Assembly (NCBI GenBank): GCA_008632985.1 | Contig: QPGO01000176.1 | Location: 133,970 to 153,969, forward strand | Length of the DNA: 20,000 nucleotides | Source: Psammoneis japonica | Taxonomy: Eukaryota | Direction: 5' to 3' | Part shown: positions 1 to 10,639 of the stretch, one piece after another | How positions within the stretch are numbered: position 1 is the stretch's first letter | How the letters are laid out: each line of letters begins with the position of its first letter | Made by a program: the position numbers and the translations under genes | The notes under the pieces: model-generated | The model's database searches: none | The model's input: the letters and a program-made list of their open reading frames with translations, nothing else | Told to the model about the DNA's origin: nothing

Positions 1-59
1 CGCTTTGGCGGCTGGAGACTGCAAAACAAGCGGAGTGGCGAGGGAGCGCTCGATGTCAG

Positions 60-2553
60 ACAACCCGGAATGGAGAATATCCGGTCGAAAAAAGGTAATA
101 TCGGCACTAGGGTCAGTTGGCTGTTCTGGACTATCTGTTGCGGCGTCTCCAACAGCTCCACAAACCGCCGCGACAGCTCCGCATTCCAAAAGGTGAGCTG
201 CCCGCCTTCCGTCATCGCTACGGGAAATAACATGGAGCACCTCAATCGCTCGCAACATTACCTCCACTATCGTCGTCGTTCTTTCTGTGTGACGCAATGA
301 TATTGGCCAACGGCTCGGCGATTCCACATTGGGCAGCAGAAAGAGTCTGCGAAGGAAGTTGGATGATTCGTTGCACCGCTTTGAGTGCGGCCATAAGCGC
401 TTTTCACGTTGACATTGATTTGCCAATCCCATCTCACCACTGTGGAGGTATGATAGTTGACAACAGACGGGAGGGCGTCCTTGGAAATGGAATTCCACAA
501 GGAAGCATTCTTGCTGAGAGCCTCGAGAGCACTAGTGCATTCCGACTTGAGCGACTCGTGAGTCTCAATCTATACTGGCGTTAGGATCCACCGGAAGCAT
601 AAGCACATTGGTCGCAACCCGAATAGTTTCTCTCCGGACTAAAGGCCGTTGCCTTCTCCAGCGGCAATATGTGGACCATAGAATCGGATAACCACAAACG
701 ATGCCGAGAATTTGAACAAATCGCCATGTGTAGACAAAAGTAGGATGGGGCAGGTGAGCAACAATACTCTCTACGCTGTCCAGTGGAATCGATTAATGTA
801 GATAAAAACACACCCGTGAGAGAAACACGAAACAAGTCGTTGATAGGAGTTAGAATTCCACTCATGACAAGCTTGGCGTGTTCCTTCTCAGTTCTGTTCT
901 GAGCTACTGCCAAAGCCAGACGCAAGGCAGCGGAGACAGATCTTTCTCAAAAGCCACCCACAAGAAGTGATAGTGGGCAACACAGCTTGTCGCTGTCTGG
1001 TTCCATATACGAGAACGTCACACGCAATGGAACAGGATTATTGTTCTCGCCTCTTTAAGTCTTCATTGTCTGTGGGAACATCATCCTGCAATAACCAGCA
1101 TTTACATTTTAAAATATGAGAATTCCATCCAACCCTTCATTTCCAAATCAAACATTACAAAGCTACTCACAATTTTAACCAAAGATCCCTTTCCACTTCC
1201 CGGAGTCACGGAAGAACCACAAAAACTGCCGGCCTCAAGCAAGGCAGCCTCCACCAAGTCCACAAGAGCCGCATAATGAGGACCCTTGTTACCAATCGCA
1301 AACTCAGTCTTGGCTTGAGCACACGCCGCCTGCAAAATCCACAGCGCCGTGTTGTTACGTCTCGTGGAGCATTGCGGGCCTGCTTTCCCTTGTTCTTGTA
1401 GGTATACGAGTCGGTATCGACCATTTGATAGAGTCTCGTCAAACCAATTCCCGTCTCGTCGATACGAGCAATCCAGACAAGGCACAGAGAATCCGACAAC
1501 ACGCGTCTCGCGCCTTCATGGCTCCTACCGACTTGTCTTGGGATTCAAAGTCCAGTGGAGAAGCCAAGATGCGTGACACGGTCGAGACGGCATCCGCGTC
1601 AATAGCTTCGAGCAATCGATCCAAGAGTTTGGTAGAGCGGTTCTTCCATTCATACACTATAATGGCAGCCGACATTTCCAACATGCCAGAGCAACGCACG
1701 GCACCATCACCGCGCAAGGTGGACGGTGTCGCCGCACCGGCATCACTCGAAGCTGCCAGCATGGCGGAAACTGCATTCATGGATTGCAACGTCTCGATTC
1801 CTTCCGAGGAATATCCAAGGCATCGTCAACACTGACTTCATTCTCATCTTGTTGGGAAACCTCGACGCCAGTGTCTACACAACGGACGACTCGGTAAGAT
1901 AGAAACGTGCACGCGCCGCTTGTTCTTGAACAAAGAGTGTTCTTCGATTGCTCTCACTCCGTTCCAAGAGTGCCAAAATGGCTTCCAACACGGGCTTGCC
2001 ATCCGTCGTGTAAGCCAAGTTTGCAAACTCCGTATTCATGACAATGCTCCCCAACGCCAAGACTCGAAAATACCGATCCGATGTGCTGGCCAATTGCAAG
2101 TGCCTCGTAATGGCAGGTACCAATACATCGGGAGGAATGGTGATATGAGTTCGTCAGAAGCGAACCCAAATCCGACGAGAGCGAACACAGCGCCGCCTCG
2201 ACATGTTTGGCCGTCGCCACTCCATTTTCGTCTTCTTCCTCGTTATTGTTGGGATCAAACAATTGAAGAGGAGTCAAGTACCGTCGCATGAAAAAGAAAT
2301 TTCACTTGTCGATATCATTAAAACCCAAGTCACAGACCCGAACAGTCTTTTCAAACTCGGCACCCTCCAGAGGCGATTCGACACGATGCGACGAACACGA
2401 ATCACAAAAGACATCTCCACACAAGCAGCAATGATGACGGCGTAGCGAGTACGGAAAGAGGACATTGCAATTGAGACACTTGGGATGCAAGTGATCCGGG
2501 ACTTTCTTCACTTTGAAATTAAGCGTGGGGAGTGCGTCGGAAAAAGTCGTCAT
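60..2553 (-). pseudogene. Fragmented FYVE zinc-finger + ARM-like helical protein (pseudogene or very error-rich consensus); boundaries approximate, may run off the window start
   Basis: 2302-2553 encodes a recognisable FYVE (VPD..C..C...F...RRHHC..CG.VFC..CS......VRVCD). It is followed by an in-frame TGA (2302-2304), and the same frame continues (1954-2289). Helical protein-like pieces then hop between frames (1875-2123 VLEAILALLE..QEQAARA, 1439-1789, 1102-1485, 581-925). Conserved residues are altered (RRHHCR->RRHHCC, VCDxC->VCDLG). Confidence 0.65.
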
Positions 2554-2902
2554 CGTGTGCGTGGGAATGACTGAAGTAGACTTGATGGTGTTCTTGTTGC
2601 CAGCTGTTTTGATAGGAAGCAGCAGATGATGACGTTGAATAGGATCGCTGTGGAGCGGGAGCCAAAGCTACAGCCGTGGGTTGGCAAGTACCGAAGACTG
2701 CGAGTGCTACCTCTTTCTTTATTGTAACACCCCACACATCCCCATGCAGTGAAGCGAACAGACACCATAAGCACTTAGCACCTAGTGTCACCCCCAATAG
2801 CGTGACAAACTAGCGCACAGTGGTATGACAAGTGGCAAGTCCTCTCCTTCAAGGTTTACCCCCAACGGCAGCGTCGGCGCATTCTAATAAAACGTTCGAT
2901 GC

Positions 2903-4702
2903 TTACTCCCCCAACTCTCCGAGAGTATTACTTTCCGATACCAGAAAAAGTCTGGGCATGAGATCTACAATTCGTTCATAATCTCGTCGAAAGGCGCGAG
3001 CGTCATGGTTCACCAGGTGGATCCACCCAGCGTCAGTACGAATATCAACTGTGGGTGCGATATGATGTCCCAGATCCATAAAGTGTGGGTATATTTCTAA
3101 TGCTGCAACGCTCTCCATCCTTTCAATTTCATCCAAAGCCGCTTCATTCAAGCCCATCAATATTCCATCAGCATGATTGACCAAGTGAACAATGGCCCCA
3201 TGGACTCGCGGCGAAGCCAAATCTGGCAGCGAGTCCCATTGGAGCCGAATTGGCGGAGGTTGACCTTCATCGAGTACGGCATCATCACTGACCTCATTGA
3301 AACTATTTTCTAGATAGGCAGAAAGAAGCATATCAAGAACATTGTAACCAATACAAAACATGGTAAGGGGCGCAAAGTCAGTATTGTGTTGACGGCAATT
3401 GACTTCGACCAACCGCGGCTTCCCGGTGGAATCTACAATGACTTCGCAGTGAGTCATACCCCATCGGATCCCAAGAGCATCCAGAGTCTTTGCAATGTAA
3501 TCGTACACCGCTCTCCCAATTTCCGTGTCGGCATCCACCAATTCTGTTGCATGATAAACAAAGTGAGCTCCATTGGCACGGCGCTTGTCATACTGCCAGA
3601 GAGCTCCAATCTTATGATGCCCATTTTTGCTAACAACATCAATGGCATATTCTGTGCCAGACGCAAACTCTTGGACCAAAACCGTATCGTGCTTTTCTCG
3701 AGGGGACCCGAAAACCGTGGAGCCATGAACCGTGTCGAATGCTGATTCTACCTCGTGGATATCACGACACAAGAACACATTGTCCGAAGCGACCCCTCGA
3801 ACCGGCTTGACGACACAAATAGGCTTCCGTAGTGGCTGAGCAGTACTTGCTATTTTTTCCATTCCGAGTTTTCCGATTTTGTTTATGTCGTCACTTCCTC
3901 CGCGGTCAACAGCAATCCCCTCAATGCGGATTCTGAGTTCATTAGCAAACTCGACTGCTTGTTCTCTACTACGACACAGCTTTTGCTGTACAACATCCAG
4001 TCCATACTCTCCCACTGCTTTATTCATGAGAAACTTGTCACGTCGTGCTTCATTGATGCCATTGGTATGGGTGACATTGAGCCGATCTCCCCAACGCTCG
4101 GCATCTGGCAGTCCCGAATCTGTTTCACATATAATACCAACAATTTCATCAAAAGGTAATTGGTCCATCCACTCTTTTGTTTTGTTGAGAGAAGGCAGTT
4201 GCTTCATGAGTTCCACATTGACTCGTTCTACTTCTTCCATGGGCGCCGACTCATCAAGCTCTTGCTTCCGAATTTGAAAGTAGCCTTTCATGTAATCGCT
4301 CAAGACGTAAGCAACACCAACGCCATACGCCTCTCTCGCCATTTTTGACAAGTACCCCGAGTGATAAATGGAAAAAACGTCCATTAAAATCAATCCCCTT
4401 TTTATATTTTTGTCGTGTTTATTCCAAACTGAGGGTAAATCACAGCACGGCGACAACTCCCCTTCTGAAGGACTTACTCGTGAATGATCTGTTTCTTTAC
4501 CGCTCTTCTCGTTTTCCATGCCACCACCGCGAGCCAACAACGGTGACGAAGTAGGTTCATTCTTGTCGATCCTTCCACTTATCAATGCCGGAGGAACCGG
4601 GACAAAGGAAAGCGAATTCTTTGCTGCTACCACGCCAACATGCCGTGAAAGAAACAACATGAGGGAGACGGAGCTTAGGACGCATCGATTTCGCATCTTC
4701 AT
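2903..4702 (-). CDS. ATP-grasp domain protein (L-amino-acid ligase / carboxylate-amine ligase-like) with N-terminal signal-like peptide
   Basis: Intact ~599-aa frame from ATG 4702 (MKMRNRCVLSSVSLMLFL..VVAA). ATP-grasp motifs: ARRDKFLM, VVKPVRGVASDNV, VLVQEFASGTEYAID, THCEV, LVEVNCR. Confidence 0.85.
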   Translation of the reverse strand: MKMRNRCVLSSVSLMLFLSRHVGVVAAKNSLSFVPVPPALISGRIDKNEPTSSPLLARGGGMENEKSGKETDHSRVSPSEGELSPCCDLPSVWNKHDKNIKRGLILMDVFSIYHSGYLSKMAREAYGVGVAYVLSDYMKGYFQIRKQELDESAPMEEVERVNVELMKQLPSLNKTKEWMDQLPFDEIVGIICETDSGLPDAERWGDRLNVTHTNGINEARRDKFLMNKAVGEYGLDVVQQKLCRSREQAVEFANELRIRIEGIAVDRGGSDDINKIGKLGMEKIASTAQPLRKPICVVKPVRGVASDNVFLCRDIHEVESAFDTVHGSTVFGSPREKHDTVLVQEFASGTEYAIDVVSKNGHHKIGALWQYDKRRANGAHFVYHATELVDADTEIGRAVYDYIAKTLDALGIRWGMTHCEVIVDSTGKPRLVEVNCRQHNTDFAPLTMFCIGYNVLDMLLSAYLENSFNEVSDDAVLDEGQPPPIRLQWDSLPDLASPRVHGAIVHLVNHADGILMGLNEAALDEIERMESVAALEIYPHFMDLGHHIAPTVDIRTDAGWIHLVNHDARAFRRDYERIVDLMPRLFLVSESNTLGELGE

Positions 4703-5524
4703 CTTCGTCAAACAGATTGTTCTACTCTCTACTCTCTCTACTAGTAGAGTACAGAGAGAGCCTGTTCCTGCCCACCAAGCCAAAACCAGCAGTCAGCATT
4801 AGCATGTTGTTGTTCGGTACTTTTTTGTGGAGCTCGAAAAGCTCGTGTGTAATTGCCCCTGCCTGATGGGGTGAGAAAGCATACCATACTGTATTTTTTA
4901 TTCGTGCATGTTGATCTCAGTAATATTTATACGAATGTATTAAATTTATGTACAATTGTACACGAATGATAACGTATAACCACCCTATATATCAACGGGG
5001 CCGTTTGTATGTACGACCCCTGCCATTATCGGTAGTCGTATGCGTTATCCGTTGTGAAAATATTAGCCCGTTATTGAAACTGTTACTTCTATCATGGCTA
5101 CCAAAATTGATACAAAATTTTCATTATCACCTACATGTGATTCCAAATTTTATGGGGAGTCCCGGTGACGGTAGGGCCCTAAGTATTCGTCGAGTGCGCA
5201 ACATTACACGAACCAGCCAAAAATCCCGTGACCCTCTCACAATTTTACAATTTCATCAGCAAAATATTCTGATTCGAACTACCGGTAAACAGGTGAAAGG
5301 TAAGTAGCATCAATTGTTATTGCATGTACTCATCATCAAAGTGACTGCGCCTTCCTGATGAGTGTCGAGTCGTCCACGAAGCTGTCATGTCGCAGTTTTC
5401 CATCGCTCCCGATATCTCTTTCGTTGCCACTGTTGGCCTTTCGTCCCCCCGTGCCTCCAACTTTGTTCTGCTTTGCCCGCATGCGCTGAAGCCTTCCTCG
5501 TGACTGTGGCGTTCCAAGGCGTCC

Positions 5525-5816
5525 TAGCTCCTTGTGTCCTTGGAGACGTCGGTTCATGCCATTGTGCACAGTGCAGCGAAATACTTGTCGAACCGGCAGT
5601 AGTCCGGGATGAGAAAAAGATGTTTTTGGATGTTCGTATAGGTGGGCTCACCAGACTCCCATGTCGCACTTCCTGGAGAGTCTTACTATAGCTCCTTGTG
5701 TCGTTGGAGACGTCGTTCATGCCATTGTGCTCAGTGTTACGAAGTGCTTATCTTGCCGGCGGTGGTCCTGGATGAAAAGATACTTTTTGGATCTTCGAAT
5801 AGGTCGACTCACCAGA
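5525..5816. repeat. Diverged direct duplication, ~130-bp unit (5525-5655 and 5689-5816)
   Basis: Both copies start tagctccttgtgtc.ttggagacgtc.gttcatgccattgtgc.cagtg and end tttttggat.ttcg.ataggt.g.ctcaccaga. Confidence 0.85.
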
Positions 5817-5995
5817 TCGCGAGCCAAAAATGCGCGCTTCACCGTCCTCTGTCTGCGATGATTCGCGTTTTTTTTCTTCGACGCGAAAATCCATGATCAC
5901 CATGATGTGTCCGTTTGTCCCTTAAATACTGAGCCCATGTTCATATCTGTCACTCACGCTTTCGTTACATGTTTGCCGCTCCCTACAGAATCAAC

Positions 5996-8365
5996 ATGAA
6001 AGTGCTGGTTCAAAAGTTCGCGCTATTGGCGCTTTTGGCCGCCCCTTTGCAAGGCGCTGAGACAGGAGGCCTTCGTGGGCCTGGTCCGCAAAACGACATT
6101 CGCCAACTTCGCAATTTGAGCGTGGGCGGATCGATTCATGGCTGTGTTGCAAATAACAAGGATCTTCGCTTTGTCGGAAGCGGAGACGGCTGCAGCTCCT
6201 ACGAGCAGTACGTCCACTTGAGTGCCTCTGATCTTAGTGGAGAAGTCCAACAGCCTCAAGAGAAGGCAAGCATGCGTCGCCGTCATCTTGGAAAGTCGGA
6301 GACGAGGCTATCTCCGGAATCGCATTCTGGCTCGGGACCAGGAATGTACATGGGAGGTGTCGTTCATGTCTGTATGAAGATGGACAAGTACATCCGCTTG
6401 GTCGATGGCATGAGCATGTGCAGCAATTCGGAAACCTACGTCTACTGGAAAGTAAAGGGAGACCGAGGCAAAGACGGAAAGGATGGTAAAGATGGAAAGG
6501 ATGGTAAAGATGGGAAGGACGGTTCCGACGGAAAAGATGGTAAAGATGGAAAGAAGGGAGAAAAAGGAGCTGACGGCGTGAATGGGAAGGATGGCAAAGA
6601 TGGAAGGAACGGAGTCGACGGACAGGACGGCCACGATGGAAAGGACGGCAGAAACGGCAAGGACGGAAGGGATGGTCGAGACGGAAGACATGGAAAGGAC
6701 GGTATGGACGGCTCTAGTGGTGCCGACGGCAGAGATGGCAAGGACGGTGCCGACGGCAGGCACGGCAAAGATGGCAAGGACGGTGCCGACGGCTCAAGTG
6801 GCGCTGATGGCAAGGACGGTGCCGACGGCAAGGACGGGAAAGATGGCGAGGACGGTGCCGATGGAAAGGACGGGAAAGATGGCGATGACGGTGCCGACGG
6901 AAAGGACGGCTCTAGTGGCGATGACGGCAAGGATGGTGCCGACGGAAAGGACGGAGCCGACGGAAAGGACGGTGTCGACGGAAAGGACGGTGTCGACGGA
7001 AAGGATGGCGAGGACGGAAAGGACGGTGCCGACGGAAAGGACGGCAAAGATGGCGACGACGGAAAGGATGGTGCCGACGGAAAGGACGGCGCGGACGGAA
7101 AGGATGGCAAGGACGGTGCCGACGGCTCAAGTGGCGATGACGGCAAGGACGGTGAAGACGGCAAGGACGGAAAGGATGGCGAAGACGGCGAAGACGGAAA
7201 GGATGGCGTCGACGGAAAGGATGGCAAAGATGGCGATGACGGAAAGGACGGAAAGGATGGCGATGACGGAAAGGACGGCGCCGACGGAAAGGACGGAAAG
7301 GATGGCGATGACGGAAAGGACGGTGCCGACGGAAAGGACGGCTCAGACGGAGCGGATGGCAAAGATGGAATGGACGGCTCAAGTGGCGATGACGGAATGG
7401 ACGGCGCCGATGGAAAGGACGGCAAAGATGGCGAGGACGGCAAGGACGGAAAGGACGGCGCCGACGGAAAGGACGGAGAAGATGGCGATGACGGTGCCGA
7501 CGGAAAGGACGGCAAGGACGGCGATGACGGCAAGGACGGTGCCGACGGAAAGGACGGCAAGGACGGTGATGACGGCAAGGACGGTGCCGACGGAAAGAAT
7601 GGCGTCGACGGAAAGGATGGCAAAGACGGAATGGACGGTTCAAGTGGCGATGACGGCAAGGACGGTGCCGACGGCAAGGACGGTGCCGATGGTAAGGATG
7701 GTGTTGACGGCAAGGACGGAAAGGATGGCGAAGACGGCGATGACGGCAAGGATGGCAAGGACGGAAAGGACGGCGCCGACGGCTCCAGTGGCGATGATGG
7801 AAAGGACGGCGCCGACGGCAAGGATGGCGAAGATGGTGAGGACGGCAAGGACGGTGCCGACGGCAAGGATGGCGATGATGGCAAGGACGGTGCTGACGGC
7901 AAGGACGGCATGGACGGCAAGGATGGCGAAGATGGTGAGGACGGAAAGGACGGAAAGAACGGCGTCGACGGAAAGGACGGATCAAGTGGCGACGACGGAA
8001 AGGACGGCGTTGACGGCAAGGATGGCGAGGACGGCGAGGACGGCAAGGACGGCAAGAACGGCAAGAATGGCGAGGACGGAAAGGATGGCGTAGACGGCAA
8101 GGACGGAAAGGATGGTGAAGATGGCAAGGACGGCGTCGACGGCAAGGACGGTTCCAGCGGTGATGACGGCAAGGACGGCATGGATGGCAAGGACGGCAAG
8201 GACGGCGAGGATGGCAAGAACGGCAAGAACGGCAAGGACGGCGAGGATGGCAAGGACGGTGAGGACGGCAAGGACGGCAAGGATGGCAAGGACGCTGTCG
8301 CCTTTTCGCCCAGTATGGATTCGCCTGATGATTCGCACATGGCCTCCCCCAGTCATTCGCGTTAA
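5996..8365 (+). CDS. Secreted collagen-like (Gly-X-Y) protein with duplicated Cys-containing N-terminal module
   Basis: Signal peptide MKVLVQKFALLALLAAPLQGA, then GLRG and RxL motifs (RQL, RHL), two GG.[IV]H.C......R.V.....C...E.YV modules, and a long Gly-X-Y tract. Alternative in-frame ATG at 5969. Confidence 0.9.
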   Translation: MKVLVQKFALLALLAAPLQGAETGGLRGPGPQNDIRQLRNLSVGGSIHGCVANNKDLRFVGSGDGCSSYEQYVHLSASDLSGEVQQPQEKASMRRRHLGKSETRLSPESHSGSGPGMYMGGVVHVCMKMDKYIRLVDGMSMCSNSETYVYWKVKGDRGKDGKDGKDGKDGKDGKDGSDGKDGKDGKKGEKGADGVNGKDGKDGRNGVDGQDGHDGKDGRNGKDGRDGRDGRHGKDGMDGSSGADGRDGKDGADGRHGKDGKDGADGSSGADGKDGADGKDGKDGEDGADGKDGKDGDDGADGKDGSSGDDGKDGADGKDGADGKDGVDGKDGVDGKDGEDGKDGADGKDGKDGDDGKDGADGKDGADGKDGKDGADGSSGDDGKDGEDGKDGKDGEDGEDGKDGVDGKDGKDGDDGKDGKDGDDGKDGADGKDGKDGDDGKDGADGKDGSDGADGKDGMDGSSGDDGMDGADGKDGKDGEDGKDGKDGADGKDGEDGDDGADGKDGKDGDDGKDGADGKDGKDGDDGKDGADGKNGVDGKDGKDGMDGSSGDDGKDGADGKDGADGKDGVDGKDGKDGEDGDDGKDGKDGKDGADGSSGDDGKDGADGKDGEDGEDGKDGADGKDGDDGKDGADGKDGMDGKDGEDGEDGKDGKNGVDGKDGSSGDDGKDGVDGKDGEDGEDGKDGKNGKNGEDGKDGVDGKDGKDGEDGKDGVDGKDGSSGDDGKDGMDGKDGKDGEDGKNGKNGKDGEDGKDGEDGKDGKDGKDAVAFSPSMDSPDDSHMASPSHSR
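6458..8293 (+). repeat. Coding 9-bp tandem repeat: 204 uninterrupted Gly-X-Y triplets (GKD, GAD, GED, GDD, GSS, GVD, GMD)
   Basis: 1836 nt = 612 aa with Gly at every third residue and no Pro. Synonymous codon variation between units. Confidence 0.95.
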
Positions 8366-9495
8366 TTCCTCATGTTTTGGTGGTGTTATGGAGAATAAAG
8401 GGCCGCAATTCATGAAGACTGCCTGCTAGCTTAGAGACACATTAACAACAGAATTATATGCACGCTCTCCCCATTTATCCTCTAATGTCATAGAGTACAT
8501 GCATGTCTCGTGCGAGAATCTCTTCAGGAGGAGAGAAGCAGAGGTCACGTCGATCGCGTCAAACATCGGAGCGGCATGCACAAGTTGTTGGCAACCGGTA
8601 TCAAAGGAAGCTGTGTCTGTTTGGCATGAGATATGTTGCACAAATCTCTTCCGAAGACTGTGAATGAGTTAACCGATTCTGGTTTCAGTCAATTCGCCGC
8701 TTCACGCGCCACCGCCTCAACTGCCCCCAGCTCACATTGTAAATCGAAAACTTGCGAGTGTAGTTCATGCGCCGCCAATTCTGATCTTAATGGGTCGACC
8801 AAGGAGACTGCTGGCACTAACATCGACGAGCTCTTTTTTGCGCCTGCGAAGTTCTGCTTCCGTCGTGAACAAGGCAGTGGCCTGATAACTCATTTGCAGC
8901 AATGGGGAACTACAGTCTTTGCCATGCAGGCGCGATTCTAGCTTTCCACGGTTCTCATTGTATCACAGTTGTCCTTGCTTTCGTCTTGCAGCTTTTCAAT
9001 CCAACTTTCGAACTTCTGGCACCTCACAACACCACAGAAGTAGATCCTTTTCCAACTGAAAATTCAAGGTGGGTGTCTCTGGCGATGTTGGCTCAAGTCT
9101 TGGCTTCAGGCGACATGCACTGTGTTCTCCAGATGTGATTGTGAAGTCACTGTGGCGCTGTGCTTGTGGAATGAATGGGGGGCATCACTGGCTGGTGCAG
9201 CTGTTAGCCACAGACCGAGCTGTTGGGAGTGCTGCTCTCTGCTGCCAGCAGTGGCCAGCAGCTGCCAGCTGCCAGCTCCTCCAGCTGGCTGGCAGAGCCA
9301 TCTGGCAGCTGCAGACACTGCAAAACAAGCTCCGGTTCACAAAATCGTGACGTCTTTTCATGACTCACACAAAACTGAATCCGCCAAAACCATCAAAATT
9401 TTTCTTCAAAATTTCATTTCCAATGAAAACCAGTTGGCTCGCTGGATGTGGTTCAGCAAATTGCCCAAGACTTTGGGCCAAAAGTGGCAATCGAT

Positions 9496-9735
9496 GAGTC
9501 TGCCTTTAAAGGGAACATCAAAGATTGTCTTGTGGGGCTGAGATGCCAGTGCATGACAACATCCATGCAGAGGCTGTGTGGCTGGCCTGGCACAGTGTTG
9601 CGCTGCTGGGCACTGATGCACCAGCAAGACAATTGGAGAGTGTGCCTTTCAAGGGCACATCAAAGATTGTCATGTGGAGCTGCAGCATCAGCGCGAATGA
9701 CACCCATTTGGAGCAGTGGTTGGCGTGGCACAGTG
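9496..9735. repeat. Diverged direct repeat, ~142-bp period, inside island 1
   Basis: gagtctgcctttaaagggaacatcaaagattgtc (9496) vs gagtgtgcctttcaagggcacatcaaagattgtc (9638). Both are followed by tggc.tggcacagtg. Confidence 0.8.
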
Positions 9736-10513
9736 CAGCATTTTGCAAGGTGCTGCCGTGCCACCAGCATGGGAACTGCATTTCGACAAGGTCGCTGCTC
9801 TGCTCTTGATGAGTGTGCTCAGAGCTGGGATGATGAGCAGGTCATTGTGCAAAATGCCTTTTCCAAATGACGTGGCAAGTGCATTGTGTGTTGCTTGGCA
9901 GGCAGCACCTTTGCTGGCTCAAGTTTTTTCACACGGCAGGGAAGATCAAAGATCAAAGGGTGCTTGTTTTGCAAACAAAGCGGGGCTCACTCTCTGTCTG
10001 ATGCTGGGTGCCCATCTCTTTGTTGTGAAAGTGAGCTGCTGCCACCACTCTGCACACATGCACGCCATTGACATGAGCCAAAATGAGGCACGCCAGACTC
10101 AACAAACAAAGCTGGCAAGGTGCTGACATCACACCATCTTCTGGCTGCAAAGCCCAGCACAAAAAAGGATGCAGGCAGCAAACCAGACTTGTGGTTTCCT
10201 GCAAATGTTGAAGCACATGCACAAAACAGCAGCACCCCAGCCAAAAAGAAAATCTGCAAGAGGTGTGCTGCACACACAGGGCTGATTCTGTGGAAAAAAA
10301 AAACAACAATGTGTGTGTGTGGAGGTGCTTTTTGAAGAAGCCGTTGAATGGGGCCACACTCCAAGCACCTCGCTGTTGACAATTTTGAGCACACAGCTGT
10401 TCTGAGAATCTTTGTGTTTGCAATTTTGGCAGTGCAGGGGCTGGCTGCAGATGACAAAACAGTTGCCAGGGCAGCACCAGGTTGCAGCCAGATCTCATGA
10501 AACTGACACCCCC

Positions 10514-10639
10514 CTTTCCGATCTCAACTTGGGTGCAATGACAGCCTTCCCAGCCATTTTCATTTGGCCTGCACATGGCTGTTGCCCCGTGACCAAATCA
10601 GTTTGTCTTTCCGATCTTGACTTGGGTGCAATGACAGCC
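10514..10639. repeat. 33-bp direct repeat (10514-10546, 10607-10639)
   Basis: ctttccgatctCAacttgggtgcaatgacagcc vs ctttccgatctTGacttgggtgcaatgacagcc. Confidence 0.9.

Noticed and set aside
4949..4962. 14-bp palindrome TGTACAATTGTACA in AT-rich intergenic DNA
   Set aside because: Isolated, with no terminal inverted repeat or target-site duplication found; plausible by chance.
6458..8293. Low TpA in the collagen repeat as a third island
   Set aside because: Explained by G/K/D/A/E codon composition; CpG is abundant and the ORF is intact.
6442..8340. Long antisense and alternative-frame ORFs (PSLPS, ARTAR, RRHRP repeats)
   Set aside because: Shadows of the Gly-X-Asp 9-bp repeat. Only the + frame has a signal peptide and consistent Gly periodicity.
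8430..9040. Possible degenerate minus-strand coding relic (LRSELAAHELHSQVFDLQCELGAVEAVAREAA)
   Set aside because: Short, interrupted by stops and with no recognisable family; cannot be supported without a search.
10514..10639. 33-bp direct repeats as a CRISPR array
   Set aside because: Only two copies, a 60-bp spacer, eukaryotic context and no cas genes.
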